Notes: a model not told the origin generated them from the letters alone. A DNA stretch of 64,000 nucleotides from Casimicrobiaceae bacterium (GCA_025056355.1 JANWWI010000004.1:24300-88299); one strand, 5' to 3'. Shown: positions 36,516-47,522, counted from the first letter of the stretch. Numbers and translations are program-made.

Positions 36516-38762
36516 TTAGCCCGTCCGCACACAGTCGACGTAGTAGCGCGTCTCGCCGCGGGCGACCTCGGTGACCAGGCCATGCACATCCGTGTCGAAG
36601 CCGGGGAAGAGCTCGTTGAACTCGCGCACGAAGCGCAGGTAATTGACGATTGCGGTGTTGAAGCGCTCACCCGGGATGAGTAGAGGAATCCCGGGCGGAT
36701 AAGGCGTGACCAGCATCGCCGTGATGCGTCCGGCAAGATCGTCGATGGGCACCCGGTCGACCTTGCGCCGGGCGAGATGTTCGAAGGCATCGATCGGCTT
36801 CATCACGGGCTCCATGGGCGAGAGATACATCTCGGTGGTCACCCGCGCGATGTCGTAGCGGCGGTAAGCCTCGTGGATGCGCTGCGCCAGATCGCGCAGG
36901 CCGATGCGCTCATACTGCGGATAATGCTGCACAAACTCGGGCATGACCCGCCAAAGCGGCTGATTTTGGTCGTAGTCCATTTTGAACTGCTGGAGTTCGG
37001 TCACCAGCGAATTCCAGCGCCCACGCGTGATGCCGATCGTGAACATCACGAAAAAGCTGTAGAGCCCGGTTTTTTCGACGATGATGCCGTGCTCGGCGAG
37101 GTATTTGGTGACCAGCGAGGCCGGGATGCCTCGGCTTGCAAACTTGCCGGAGATGTCCAAACCCGGGGTGACGATGGTGGCCTTGATCGGATCGAGCATG
37201 TTGAAGCCCGGCTCAATATCGGTAAAGCCGTGCCATTTGTCGCCGGGCTTCAGAAACCAGTCCTCGCGCTTGCCCACGCCTTGATGCTCAAAGCGTGTTG
37301 GCCCCCAGACCTTGAAAAACCAGTCGCGTCCAAACTCGCGGTCGACCTTGTCCATCGCACGGCGAAAGTCGAGCGCCTCAGAGATCGACTCTTCGACCAG
37401 CGCCCCGCCCCCGGGCTGCTCCATCATCGCGGCCGCGACATCGCAGCTTGCGATGATCGCGTACTGCGGCGAGGTGGAGACATGCATCAAGTAGGCTTCA
37501 TTGAAGCGCGTGGTGTCGAGTTTGAGGGTCTCGGCCTCCTGCACGAGAATTTGCGAGGCCTGCGATAGACCGGCGAGCAGCTTGTGCGTGCTCTGGGTCG
37601 CATAGATCATCGTGTCCTTGCACGGCTTGCGCCCCGGCCCGATGGCATGCATGTCCTGATAGAAAGGGTGGAACGCTGCATGCGGCAGCCACGCCTCATC
37701 GAAGTGCAAGGTCTCGACGTAGCCCGCCAGTTCTTGTTTGATGGTCTCCACGTTGTAGAGCACACCATCATAGGTGCTCTGGGTGATCGTGAGGATGCGC
37801 GGCCGAGCGCTTTTGTCCCGAACCAGCGGATGTGAGGCGATTTGTCGTTCAATCGCTGTGCGGGTGAAGGCACGACGTGGAATTGGACCGATGATGCCGT
37901 AGTGGTTACGCGTGGGGGTCAAAAAGATCGGCACCGTGCCGGTCATCACGATTGCATGCAGCACGCTTTTGTGGCAGTTGCGATCCACTAGCACGATGTC
38001 ATCACGGGCCACACTGGCGTGCCAGACGATTTTGTTGGACGTCGAGGTGCCGTTGGTGACAAAAAACAGATGATCGGCCCCGAAAATGCGCGCGGCGTTT
38101 CGCTCGCTGGCGGCTACCGGCCCGGTGTGATCCAGCAGCTGACCGAGCTCATCGACCGCGTTGCAGACATCTGCACGCAGCATGTTCTCGCCGAAGAACT
38201 GGTGGAACATTTGCCCGACCGGGCTTTTGAGGAAGGCCACCCCGCCTGAGTGTCCCGGGCAGTGCCAGGAGTAGGAGCCGTCGCGCGCGTAGTCGACCAG
38301 CGCCTTGAAAAAGGGCGGTGGCAGCGAGTTCAAGTACTTGGTCGCTTCGCGGATGATGTTGCGCGCGACGAACTCGGGCGTGTCCTCGAACATGTGAATG
38401 AAGCCATGCAGCTCCTTGAGGATGTCGTTCGGAATGTGCTGCGAGGTGCGTGTTTCGCCGAAGAGAAAGATCGGCACATCGGCATTGCGCTTTCGTGTGG
38501 CCGCAATGAACTTGCGCAGCTCTTCGATGGCTTGGCTTTGCGCGCCGTCTTCGCCGACTTCTTCATCATCGATCGAGACGATGAAGGCGCTGGCCCGGGC
38601 GGACTGGTTGGCCACCATTCCGACGTCGGTGTAGGTAAAGCCACCGACGACCTCCATGCCCTGTTCCTCGAGCGCCTTGGCCAACGCCCGGATGCCTAGG
38701 CCGGAAGAAGACTCGGCGCGCCAGTCTTCATCGATGATGACAATCGGAAAGCGAAATTTCAT
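36516..38762 (-). CDS. Arginine/lysine/ornithine decarboxylase (PLP-dependent, with N-terminal wing domain)
   Basis: 'MKFRFPIVIIDED', 'YSWHCPGHSGG', 'TNGTSTSNK', 'HFDEAW', PLP lysine in 'TQSTHK'. Confidence 0.95.
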   Translation of the reverse strand: MKFRFPIVIIDEDWRAESSSGLGIRALAKALEEQGMEVVGGFTYTDVGMVANQSARASAFIVSIDDEEVGEDGAQSQAIEELRKFIAATRKRNADVPIFLFGETRTSQHIPNDILKELHGFIHMFEDTPEFVARNIIREATKYLNSLPPPFFKALVDYARDGSYSWHCPGHSGGVAFLKSPVGQMFHQFFGENMLRADVCNAVDELGQLLDHTGPVAASERNAARIFGADHLFFVTNGTSTSNKIVWHASVARDDIVLVDRNCHKSVLHAIVMTGTVPIFLTPTRNHYGIIGPIPRRAFTRTAIERQIASHPLVRDKSARPRILTITQSTYDGVLYNVETIKQELAGYVETLHFDEAWLPHAAFHPFYQDMHAIGPGRKPCKDTMIYATQSTHKLLAGLSQASQILVQEAETLKLDTTRFNEAYLMHVSTSPQYAIIASCDVAAAMMEQPGGGALVEESISEALDFRRAMDKVDREFGRDWFFKVWGPTRFEHQGVGKREDWFLKPGDKWHGFTDIEPGFNMLDPIKATIVTPGLDISGKFASRGIPASLVTKYLAEHGIIVEKTGLYSFFVMFTIGITRGRWNSLVTELQQFKMDYDQNQPLWRVMPEFVQHYPQYERIGLRDLAQRIHEAYRRYDIARVTTEMYLSPMEPVMKPIDAFEHLARRKVDRVPIDDLAGRITAMLVTPYPPGIPLLIPGERFNTAIVNYLRFVREFNELFPGFDTDVHGLVTEVARGETRYYVDCVRTG

Positions 38763-38917
38763 AGCGTGGAGCGGGTGGGGCAATAAACACCGGGCAGGCA
38801 GTCGGGGGATTGTAGGAAGGGCGGCGGTCGCGCGTCGGTTTCCCTGAGCTCTGGCGCGCTGGTCTGCGGCGGCGGCTGCGGTCGCCTCGACCGTTTGCGT
38901 GCGGATAATGCTTCCCC

Positions 38918-40222
38918 ATGTCTCCGATTGAGCGTCTTCTCGAGGAATTTGCCCAAATCGAGGGTAGCGAGGCGCTGCAGATCGCGCTCGTGCTGCTTGC
39001 CTTGGCCGGCGGGGCGCTCGCGGCTTGGTTTGCGGCCCGGCGTCGAGCTTCGGCCTTGGGCGAGGGGATGCGCTCGGCTTGGATCCAGGCGCTCGTGCAT
39101 GGCGTGGCGTTCCCGGCCGCAACCACAGCCATCCTGGCTGCCGGCGGCTATCTGCTCGGCGCCCGGCGCTTGCCGACGCTTGTGCTGCTTGCGCTGACCA
39201 TTTTCGGGTCGCTCACCCTCCTGCGGCTCGTGGCGCAGCTTCTGCGCCGGCTCTTTCCACGCTCGGCACGAATTCGCGCGCTCATTTCCTGGGCAAGCTT
39301 GCTCGTCTGGGCCGGCATCGTGCTCAACGCGCTCGGGCTGCTTGCGCCGCTTGCGGAGGACCTCGATCAACTCATCCTGCCGCTTGGCAAAGCGCGCGTC
39401 TCGGTGCTGGCCCTCTTGCAGGGGCTCGCGCTGGTCTCGCTCACCGTCGTGGCGGCGCTGTGGCTGTCGGCGCTCGTTGAGGCTCGCCTGATGCAGCTCA
39501 ACCTGGACACAAGCTTGCGGCTCGTATTGACGCGAGCGCTGCGTGCCGTGCTCTTTGCGCTCGCGCTGCTCATGGCGCTTGCCTTTGCCGGCATCGATCT
39601 GACCGTGCTCTCGGTGTTTGGCGGTGCGCTTGGGGTTGGGCTTGGGCTTGGGCTGCAACGCATCGCAGCCAACTATGTGAGCGGTTTTGCAATCCTGCTC
39701 GAACGCTCGGTCCGGGTGGGCGATGTGATCCGCATCGAGGACAAATTCGAAGGGCAGATCACCGACATCCGCACCCGCTACACCGTGGTGCGGGCTCCGA
39801 ATGGCCGTGAATCGATCGTTCCCAACGAGACGCTTTTGACCCAGCGGATTGAAAACCTGTCCTTCGCCGACCGGCAGGTAGCCCTCACCTGCACGGTGAC
39901 GGTTGCCTATGCAAGCGAGGTCGACCGGGTGATCGAGTTGCTCGAGACCGCCGCGCGCACCACACCGCGTGTGCTTGCCGAGCCCCCTCCGCGGGCGCTT
40001 TTAGCCCAGTTCGCCCCGGATGGGCTCGAGTTCAGCCTCGTGTTTTGGATTGGCGATCCGGAAAACGGTCAACTCAATGTGCGCTCGGATGTGAACCGCG
40101 CAATCTATGCGGCGCTTCGGGAAAACGGCATTGAAATTCCCTATCCGCAGCGGGTGATCCACCCGGCGGCGCCTCCTTCGATGCCGGCGTCATCGCTCGG
40201 GGCTTCGCTGCGCTCGCATTAG
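38918..40222 (+). CDS. Small-conductance mechanosensitive channel (MscS family)
   Basis: 'GALGVGLGLGLQRIAANYVSG', 'VRVGD', 'IVPNE', 'IEIPYPQR'. Confidence 0.92.
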   Translation: MSPIERLLEEFAQIEGSEALQIALVLLALAGGALAAWFAARRRASALGEGMRSAWIQALVHGVAFPAATTAILAAGGYLLGARRLPTLVLLALTIFGSLTLLRLVAQLLRRLFPRSARIRALISWASLLVWAGIVLNALGLLAPLAEDLDQLILPLGKARVSVLALLQGLALVSLTVVAALWLSALVEARLMQLNLDTSLRLVLTRALRAVLFALALLMALAFAGIDLTVLSVFGGALGVGLGLGLQRIAANYVSGFAILLERSVRVGDVIRIEDKFEGQITDIRTRYTVVRAPNGRESIVPNETLLTQRIENLSFADRQVALTCTVTVAYASEVDRVIELLETAARTTPRVLAEPPPRALLAQFAPDGLEFSLVFWIGDPENGQLNVRSDVNRAIYAALRENGIEIPYPQRVIHPAAPPSMPASSLGASLRSH

Positions 40223-41298
40223 AAAAGCCGTGCTTGCCCGGCAAGCCGCCCCGGGTCGAAGCGGGTCGAATCAAGCGCCACACGCGCGGCAAGCGCCTCC
40301 CCCGTGAGCAGGCCCAGACGCTTGCAAGCCACACGAAAGCGCTGGCGGATCAGCTCGGACCATGGGCCTTGGCCACGCATGCGCGAGCCGAATTCGCTGG
40401 TGTTGTCACGGCCGCCGTGCAAATCGCGAATGCGCGTGAGCACATGCTGGGCGCGATCGGGAAAGTGGTGCGCAAGCCACGCCGTAAAGAGCGGACGGAC
40501 CTCCCAAGGCAGACGTATCGTCGTGTAGCCGGCCCCGAGGGCGCCGGCCTGCTTGGCGCGTTCGAGCACACGTTCAAGAAACGCGTCGTTGAGAAACGGG
40601 ATGATCGGAGCAACAAGCACGCTCACGGGCACACCCGCACGCGCAAGTGCGGCGAGGGCCTCGAGTCGCCGCTCGGGGCTCGAAGCGCGGGGCTCAAGCA
40701 CGCGCGTGAGCCCGTTGTCAAGCTGCGTGATCGAGAGGAACACCTGCACGAGCCGCTGCTCGGCAAGCGCTTGAAGCAGATCGAGATCGCGCGTGATGAG
40801 TGCGCTCTTGGTCACGATCGTGACCGGGTGCCGGGCCGCGAGAAGCACCTCAAGCACCGCGCGGGTGATCCGTTCGCGCCGTTCGATCGGTTGGTAAGGG
40901 TCGGTGGCCGCGCCCAACTGAATCGGTGTGACACGGTAGCCCGGGCGCGAAAGCTCCTTGCGAAGGAGCTCGGCCGCGTTTCGCTTCGCGAATAGCTGGG
41001 TTTCGAAATCAAGCCCCGGCGAAAGGTTGACATAGGCATGGGTGGGACGCGCGTAGCAATAGATGCAACCGTGTTCGCAGCCGCGGTACGGATTGAGGGT
41101 TTGCGAGAAGCGCAAATCCGGCGAGTCGTTGCGCGAGAGAATCGTGCGGGCCTGCTCGACATGAAGCTGTGTCAGCGGCCGAGGGGCTTCATCGACGAGC
41201 GGCTCGGCGGAATCGTCGTCAACGCTTCCGCGCACAACGGTCTCAAAGCGGCCCGGCAGATTCGAGGTTGCGCCGCGGCCTTTGATGGCGCTCGACAC
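40219..41298 (-). CDS. PA0069-family radical SAM protein
   Basis: 'GRGATSN..GRF', 'NPYRGCEHGCIYCYARP' (CxxxCxxC), 'TDPYQPIE'. Confidence 0.92.
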   Translation of the reverse strand: MSSAIKGRGATSNLPGRFETVVRGSVDDDSAEPLVDEAPRPLTQLHVEQARTILSRNDSPDLRFSQTLNPYRGCEHGCIYCYARPTHAYVNLSPGLDFETQLFAKRNAAELLRKELSRPGYRVTPIQLGAATDPYQPIERRERITRAVLEVLLAARHPVTIVTKSALITRDLDLLQALAEQRLVQVFLSITQLDNGLTRVLEPRASSPERRLEALAALARAGVPVSVLVAPIIPFLNDAFLERVLERAKQAGALGAGYTTIRLPWEVRPLFTAWLAHHFPDRAQHVLTRIRDLHGGRDNTSEFGSRMRGQGPWSELIRQRFRVACKRLGLLTGEALAARVALDSTRFDPGRLAGQARLF

Positions 41299-41426
41299 GG
41301 ACTCTCCAAAATGCTGTTTGTTTGTACAGTCTACCGTGTCCGCGAACCCCGGTGAGCAGGACAGCCCGGACACCCGCCGGGCTTGCGCTGCGCTGTGCGC
41401 GGGAGCGCGGCTCAGCCGCGGGCTTT

Positions 41427-42368
41427 CTATACGCCTTCGCTTCGGCGCATCAGCGTGGACTTGCCAAACAGGCTTTCGATCAGATCGACCGCAAGCAGCG
41501 CGGTGCGGTTTTTCATGTCGAAGGCCGGGTTGAGCTCCATCACATCGAGCGAACCGAGCCGTCCGGTGTCGGCGATCATCTCCATGCAAAGTTGCGCTTC
41601 CCGGTAAGTGGGGCCGCCCGGCACCGTGGTGGCAACGCCCGGGGCGATCTCCGGGTCGAGAAAGTCCACATCGAGGCTCACATGCAAGTGGGTGTCTTCG
41701 TCAAGGCCGGCAAGGGCCGACTCCATGACCGTGCGCATGCCCAGCTCGTCGATCGAGCGCATGTCGAAGACTTCGAGTCCCTGCTCGTGAACGAACCGCT
41801 TTTCTTGGGGATCGACGCTGCGGATGCCGATGAGCACGATTTGCGCCGCGGTGATCGCCGGGGGAGGATCGATGAGGTTGACAAGCGCGGCCGCACCGTG
41901 GCCGAGGAGCGTGGCGACCGGCATGCCGTGGATGTTGCCCGAGGGCGTGATGGCGTTCGTGTTGAAGTCCGCGTGCGCGTCGAGCCAGAGCACGCGAAGG
42001 CTTTTTTGGCAACGACGGCAATGCTCGGCCACGGCGGCAATCGATCCGATCGCAAGCGAGTGATCGCCGCCCATGACGATCGGCAACTCGTGCGCACGCA
42101 GAGCGCATGCCACGGCGTCGCGCACGGCCACGTTCCAAGCGAGCACTTCGGGTAGATGGCGATAGCCATCCACGGGCGGCTGCCAGGGGTTTGGCGGTCC
42201 AGCGAGATTGCCATCATCGTGCACGATGAGGCCTCTCGCGCGCAGCGCCTGCGCAAGCCCCGCCACACGAAGGGCCTCTGGACCCATCGACGCTCCGCGT
42301 GCCCCGGCGCCGACATCGGTCGGCACACCAATCAAACGGACCACGCGGGCAAAAGATTCGGCGGACAT
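41427..42368 (-). CDS. rocF: Arginase
   Basis: 'GGDHS', 'DAHAD', 'SGNIHGMP', 'HVSLDVD'. Confidence 0.93.
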   Translation of the reverse strand: MSAESFARVVRLIGVPTDVGAGARGASMGPEALRVAGLAQALRARGLIVHDDGNLAGPPNPWQPPVDGYRHLPEVLAWNVAVRDAVACALRAHELPIVMGGDHSLAIGSIAAVAEHCRRCQKSLRVLWLDAHADFNTNAITPSGNIHGMPVATLLGHGAAALVNLIDPPPAITAAQIVLIGIRSVDPQEKRFVHEQGLEVFDMRSIDELGMRTVMESALAGLDEDTHLHVSLDVDFLDPEIAPGVATTVPGGPTYREAQLCMEMIADTGRLGSLDVMELNPAFDMKNRTALLAVDLIESLFGKSTLMRRSEGV

Positions 42369-42417
42369 GCGGGCGCCTGCCGACCGCCGCCCAATTGCAA
42401 GCGCCGCAGCGCGGCGG

Positions 42418-43572
42418 TCAGTGAACGAATCGACGCGTCGCCAAGCTTAGCGAAAACGCCCCTTGCCCGAGCCAGAGAGCGCCCGTGACGCTCATCGGCG
42501 AGAGGCACAAGGTGATCTGCTGCCGCGTGCATTGCTGGCGAAGTTCGCCAAATTCGGGCAACTCCTCAATGTCCGAGAGCGGGCCGGCGTAGCTCGCGAC
42601 GATGGTTGGGGTTGCAATCGCCTCGCGCTGGACGTGTTCGAGGGCGCGACGCAGTACTGCGACGCGTCCCCGCAGAGAGCCCCGGACCCGCTCGGACACA
42701 CGGACACGATCCATGTGCATGTGGAGAACGGGCAGCATTCCGAGCAACTCGGCCAGATGCTGTTTCCACCGCGCGATCGGGCGCATTTCGATTGCTCGGG
42801 CCGAGCGCGCGAGATCGCCCATCGAGCCAGGCACCGCGAAGGTATGCACGGCGCTACGAAACTCGTTGATCCCTTGAGCGATCGAGGCCGACGGCGCATG
42901 GGTTTCGCGCATGCGGACCGCTTCGGTCAAAAGCAGTCCGCAGCCCGTCAGCGCGTTGGCTGAGTCGGCAATCCAGGCGCGCAGCATGGGGCGCGCCGGA
43001 TCGATCGCACGGCGCACTTTGGCGTGGATTAGAACGAGCGACTGCACGGCGGCCAGCGCGTAGCCATAGAAGTTGCTTCGGCGCGCCGAGTTCGTCACGA
43101 ACACCACGCCAGTGGTATCCCGCCGCAAATGCCGTTGAATGCGATCGCGGATCGCGATGGGCGAGGTGGGAACGGTGGTGGGCGCCAGCGCGAGCAGCTG
43201 CGCCAGCTGCTGGTGGAACCGGTTCAGCGAGGTTGGTTCGCGCGTCTCGAGCGCCTCGCCCGCTGGGGTCTGAATCGCGCGCGGAACAACGACGATGCCG
43301 TGGTAGTCCAGCCAAGCCTGCGGCATGTCACAAGCGCTGTCGACAACGACGACCGTGCGGCGCAACGTCTCAGCGTCGGGCCGGTCACGCAGACCCGGTA
43401 GCGAATGTGTGATCTGGTCCTGAACGTAGGCAAGTGCCGCCGAGGTCGATAAGTCAAGCGCGTGATAACCCTCTATCGAACCGGGATGAGGTGCAACCGC
43501 TTGAGGTCTCTCGCGGCGGGAGGGGAAGAAATGAGGCATTGAGACGTCGGCACCGCGCTCGACTGCGTGCAT
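42418..43572 (-). CDS. Divergent DegV-family protein
   Basis: 'VVVDSACDMP...IVVVP', 'IADS', 'LLGMLPVL'. Start uncertain. Confidence 0.7.
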   Translation of the reverse strand: MHAVERGADVSMPHFFPSRRERPQAVAPHPGSIEGYHALDLSTSAALAYVQDQITHSLPGLRDRPDAETLRRTVVVVDSACDMPQAWLDYHGIVVVPRAIQTPAGEALETREPTSLNRFHQQLAQLLALAPTTVPTSPIAIRDRIQRHLRRDTTGVVFVTNSARRSNFYGYALAAVQSLVLIHAKVRRAIDPARPMLRAWIADSANALTGCGLLLTEAVRMRETHAPSASIAQGINEFRSAVHTFAVPGSMGDLARSARAIEMRPIARWKQHLAELLGMLPVLHMHMDRVRVSERVRGSLRGRVAVLRRALEHVQREAIATPTIVASYAGPLSDIEELPEFGELRQQCTRQQITLCLSPMSVTGALWLGQGAFSLSLATRRFVH

Positions 43573-43746
43573 GCCCCAAAAAAAATCGGGCCGACGACTC
43601 GGGTGGACAGCGGACAGGTGGCTCATACAGCGGACTTCTCACTCAAACAGCGGACAGCTCACCTCGAGGCAAGCGAGCATCGTAATGACCGCGCCTGGCT
43701 TTGGGGCCCAAGAAAATGCTGAAACGCGCGGCGCTCGATGGGGTGC

Positions 43747-44712
43747 TCAAATGGCGCCGAGGCTGCGGTCGAAAAGCTCTACGTTGCCGCCGGAGAGCGT
43801 GACCGCGACGCGTTTTCCCGCGAAGCGTTCCCGCGCTTCCCAGAGCGAGGCCAACGCGATCGCGCCTGAAGGTTCAACCACGATCTTGAGCCGCTCGAAG
43901 AGCAGGCGCATCATCGCGCGCACGGTCTCGTCGTTGGCGGTCAATGCGCCGCTCACTTGCTTTGAGATGATCGTCCAGGGGCGCGTGCCCACCGCCCGGG
44001 TTTGCAAGCCATCGCAGATCGTGCGGGGCAGCTCGATCGAGACGATTTCGCCGCGGGCAAGCGACTGCCCGAGCTTGCCGCTTGCTTGAGGCTCGGCACC
44101 GTAGAGCTCGCAGCGCGGCAAGAGGGTTTTGATGGCAATCGTGCAGCCGGCGAGCAATCCTCCACCGCTTGTGCAAACAATGAGGGCATCGAGAGGACCC
44201 GCATCGAGCGCGATCTCGAGCCCACAGGTGCCCTGGCCGGCGATCACATCCCAATGATCGTAAGGCGGAATCAGCGCTGCCCCGCGCTCGCCCTGAATGC
44301 GCTCGGCAAGCGCTTGTCGGTCTTCTCGGTAGCGGTCGTAGAGCACGACTTCGGCCCCGTAGCTGCGCGCGGCTTCGATCTTGAGGGCAGGCGCATCCGC
44401 GGGCATCACCAGGGTTGCCGGCGTGCCGAAAAGCGAGGCGGCAAGTGCCACGGCTTGTCCATGATTGCCGGAGGAAAAGGCGACGACTCCTCGCGCCCGT
44501 TCGGCCGGCGTGAGCTTGGCGATCGCGTTGTACGCGCCTCGGAACTTGAACGCCCCGCCGCGCTGGAAATTCTCAGCCTTGAGTAGCACCGTGCAGCCGA
44601 ACATCCGGTTGAGGCTGCGGCTGCTGAGGATCGGCGTTCGATGCGCCACCCCGCGCAAACGCTCGGCAGCGGCGGTGATGTCGGCGAACGAGAGCGTCTC
44701 TTGCGCGCTCAC
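43747..44712 (-). CDS. Serine/threonine dehydratase family PLP enzyme
   Basis: '[16 protein letters not shown]', 'SSGNHGQA', 'SGGGLL', 'VEPSGA', 'SGGN'. Confidence 0.92.
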   Translation of the reverse strand: MSAQETLSFADITAAAERLRGVAHRTPILSSRSLNRMFGCTVLLKAENFQRGGAFKFRGAYNAIAKLTPAERARGVVAFSSGNHGQAVALAASLFGTPATLVMPADAPALKIEAARSYGAEVVLYDRYREDRQALAERIQGERGAALIPPYDHWDVIAGQGTCGLEIALDAGPLDALIVCTSGGGLLAGCTIAIKTLLPRCELYGAEPQASGKLGQSLARGEIVSIELPRTICDGLQTRAVGTRPWTIISKQVSGALTANDETVRAMMRLLFERLKIVVEPSGAIALASLWEARERFAGKRVAVTLSGGNVELFDRSLGAI

Positions 44713-45128
44713 TTCGCAAAAAGCTGCCCGAGATCGTGGAACGCCTTGAATTCGAGCGCGTTGCCGGAGGGATCGAGCACGAACATCGTCGCCTGCTCGC
44801 CCGGTTCGCCCTCAAAGCGGACGTGTGGTTCGATCAAGAACCTCACCCCGGCGGCGCGTAGCCGCTCGGCAAGCGCCCGCCACGCCTCCATGGACAGCAC
44901 CACACCGAAGTGCCGGCAGGGCACCCAATCACCGTCAACCAGATTGGTTTGAGCCGGTGCGCACTCCTCGGGCGCAAGATGCGCCACGATCTGGTGGCCG
45001 AAAAAATCGAAATCGACCCAGCGCTCGCTTGAGCGACCCTCGGGGCAGCCGAGCACGCCCCCGTAGAAGGCGCGCGCGGCAGCGAGGTCATGGGTCGGGA
45101 AGGCGAGGTGAAACGGGGGATGGGCCAC
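44709..45128 (-). CDS. VOC/glyoxalase-family protein
   Basis: 'PFHLAF', '[10 protein letters not shown]', 'HFGVVL', '[10 protein letters not shown]'. Confidence 0.9.
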   Translation of the reverse strand: MAHPPFHLAFPTHDLAAARAFYGGVLGCPEGRSSERWVDFDFFGHQIVAHLAPEECAPAQTNLVDGDWVPCRHFGVVLSMEAWRALAERLRAAGVRFLIEPHVRFEGEPGEQATMFVLDPSGNALEFKAFHDLGQLFAK

Positions 45129-45240
45129 GGCGACACCAAGCGGATCGATTGGATGCGGCCGATTCTAGGAAAGGTGACCACGGGCGGCGAGCCCCACTCA
45201 AGCCCGGGCGCGCGAAGCAAACGAGCCAAGGCAAACCCGC

Positions 45241-46308
45241 TCAGGACGGCGCTTCCGCCACAAGCCGCCAGGCAAGCGATCGACCCTGGGTAAGCGGCAC
45301 AACGGTTTCCTCACCGAAGGGGAACTCCTCGGGCGGCCTCCAGGATTCGCGCACGAGCGTGACGGTGCCTTGGTTGCGCGGCAGGCCGTAGAAAGCCGCA
45401 CCGAAGCGGCTTGCAAAATCGTCGAGCCGTTCGAGCGCCCCGACGCTTTCGAAGGCTTCGGCATAGAGCTCAAGGGCGGCGTGGGCACTGTAGCAGCCGG
45501 CCGCGCCGCAGCAGCTTTCTTTGCTGTTTTTCGCGTGCGGGGCGCTGTCGGTGCCGAGGAAAAACTTCGGATTGCCTGAGGTGGCCACCTCCAGCAGCCG
45601 CTGGCGGTGGCTTTCCCGCTTGAGCACGGGCAGACAGTAGAAGTGCGGGCGGATGCCGCCGGTGAACAGGGCGTTGCGGCTAAAGAGGAGGTGCTGCGGG
45701 GTGATGGTTGCGGCCACGTTGGGCGGTGCCTCCCAGACCCAGTCGGCCGCCTCGCGTGTGGTGATGTGCTCAAGCACCAGCCGAAGGGCCGGAAAGTCGC
45801 GCCGGATCTGCGTCAGCGGCCCTTCGATAAAGCGCGCCTCGCGATCGAAGACATCGACCTCGGGGGAAGTGACCTCACCGTGCAGGCAAAGCGGCACACC
45901 GAGGCGCTCCATCGCGGCAAGGGCCGGATAGACCCGCTCCAGTGCGGTCACGCCGGACTCGGAATTCGTGGTCGCCCCGGCGGGGTAGTACTTGAAGGCC
46001 ACTACCTCGGGCGTCTCAGCCACCCGCGCGACCTCCTCGGGCGCGGTCCGATCGGTGAGATAAAGGGTCATCAGCGGCTCGAAGCGCGCCTCGGGCATGC
46101 TTGCTCGCAGCGCGGCGAGGATCCGCGCTCGGTAAGCGAGCGCTTGCTCGACCGTCGTGACGGGCGGTTTGAGGTTGGGCATGACGAGTGCACGCGCGAA
46201 CTGGGCGGCGGAGTGCGCAACCACCGAGGCCATCGCTGGTCCATCGCGCAAATGCAGGTGAAAATCGTCGGGTCGGCCGATTTGGAGCTGTGCGGGGGCG
46301 GGCCTCAT
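45241..46308 (-). CDS. pyrC: Dihydroorotase (class II)
   Basis: '[11 protein letters not shown]', 'MPNL', '[11 protein letters not shown]', 'EHITT', 'GTDSAPH'. Confidence 0.96.
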   Translation of the reverse strand: MRPAPAQLQIGRPDDFHLHLRDGPAMASVVAHSAAQFARALVMPNLKPPVTTVEQALAYRARILAALRASMPEARFEPLMTLYLTDRTAPEEVARVAETPEVVAFKYYPAGATTNSESGVTALERVYPALAAMERLGVPLCLHGEVTSPEVDVFDREARFIEGPLTQIRRDFPALRLVLEHITTREAADWVWEAPPNVAATITPQHLLFSRNALFTGGIRPHFYCLPVLKRESHRQRLLEVATSGNPKFFLGTDSAPHAKNSKESCCGAAGCYSAHAALELYAEAFESVGALERLDDFASRFGAAFYGLPRNQGTVTLVRESWRPPEEFPFGEETVVPLTQGRSLAWRLVAEAPS

Positions 46309-46508
46309 GCGCAAAGTCTACGCGAGCGGCTCGTGCCTATAATCCGCGGCCCCCGATCGACCGACAACGGCTAAGAGCCTTTGTCTCGCCCAGGCGTGTG
46401 CCCTGTCGGAGGCTCTGATCGCAGGACATCCGCCTTGTATGCTCCAATGAGGGCTCTGGGCGGATGAGGGTGCATGAATCGACGTTCGAACAACTCACAA
46501 GTACGGCC

Positions 46509-47522
46509 ATGGCTACGAGCAAGCAATCTCAGAAGCGGCGCGCGCGAGCGCGCAATGCAGCAACCAGCAGTGCACGGCGCGTTGCGTCCCAGGCCGCAAA
46601 GCAAAAACCCAAGCGCAAGAGCGCGACCAAGGCTCCAAAAACGCGCGGTTCTCAGAGCCGCACCCAGAACGCTGCGACGACGAAGAAAAAGAAGCTGCCT
46701 TCCTCGGCGGCTAGCGCAAACACGAAGCGGCGCCCGAGTTTGACGCGCAAGGACAGCGAAGAGAAAAAAGTCGCGAAGTCCGAGAAGCGTGGCCAGAGCA
46801 TGGCGCCGTCGGATGTCCCGGAAGGCGTGAAAGCTTCGCAAGAAGCCCTGCCAACGGTCAGCCCCGAGAAGACGGGGCGCGCCAAGGACAGCGCAGCGCT
46901 ACCTGAGGCTTCGCTGCGCACCCCAGTCCCGTCTTCCGGAGTGGAAATGAGGCCACCTGCGCCAAGCGCAGCGCTCGCGCCGGCTGCCGCAGAAGGGCGC
47001 GCTTCCGCTGAGGCCGTTGCCTCCGAGACGGCTTCGAAACAGCCGCTTGTGGACCTGGAGCGGTGGGCAGATCCGCCACCGCCGCAGATCCGCGTTGATC
47101 CGAACAAGCGCTACGGGCCACTGACCGAGGCGGAAATTCTGGCCATGCCCGAGTCGGAGTACATGAATCGCGATCAGCTCGAGTTCTTTCGCGCAAAGCT
47201 CACCGAGCTCTATCAGCAAATCCTCGCCAATGCGAGCGATACGGGCGATCACTTGCGCGAGGTGGAAATCGCCACGGATCCCTCCGATCGGGCCACACAG
47301 GAGGAGGAATACACGCTCGAGCTGCGCACGCGGGATCGCGAACGCAAGCTCCTCAAAAAAGTCGAAAAGGCCCTGCGCATGATCGATGAGGGCACCTTCG
47401 GGTATTGTGAAGAGACTGGCGAACCGATCGGCATCCCGCGCCTGCTGGCTCGTCCCACGGCGACCCTGTCGATCGAGGCGCAGGAGCGTCGCGAGCGCAT
47501 GCAGCGGCTCTATGGCGATTGA
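46509..47522 (+). CDS. dksA: RNA polymerase-binding protein DksA with ~200-aa low-complexity N-terminal extension
   Basis: 'EYMN..QLEFFR', 'DPSDRA', 'RDRERKL', 'GYCEETGEPIGIPRLLARP'. Confidence 0.92.
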   Translation: MATSKQSQKRRARARNAATSSARRVASQAAKQKPKRKSATKAPKTRGSQSRTQNAATTKKKKLPSSAASANTKRRPSLTRKDSEEKKVAKSEKRGQSMAPSDVPEGVKASQEALPTVSPEKTGRAKDSAALPEASLRTPVPSSGVEMRPPAPSAALAPAAAEGRASAEAVASETASKQPLVDLERWADPPPPQIRVDPNKRYGPLTEAEILAMPESEYMNRDQLEFFRAKLTELYQQILANASDTGDHLREVEIATDPSDRATQEEEYTLELRTRDRERKLLKKVEKALRMIDEGTFGYCEETGEPIGIPRLLARPTATLSIEAQERRERMQRLYGD

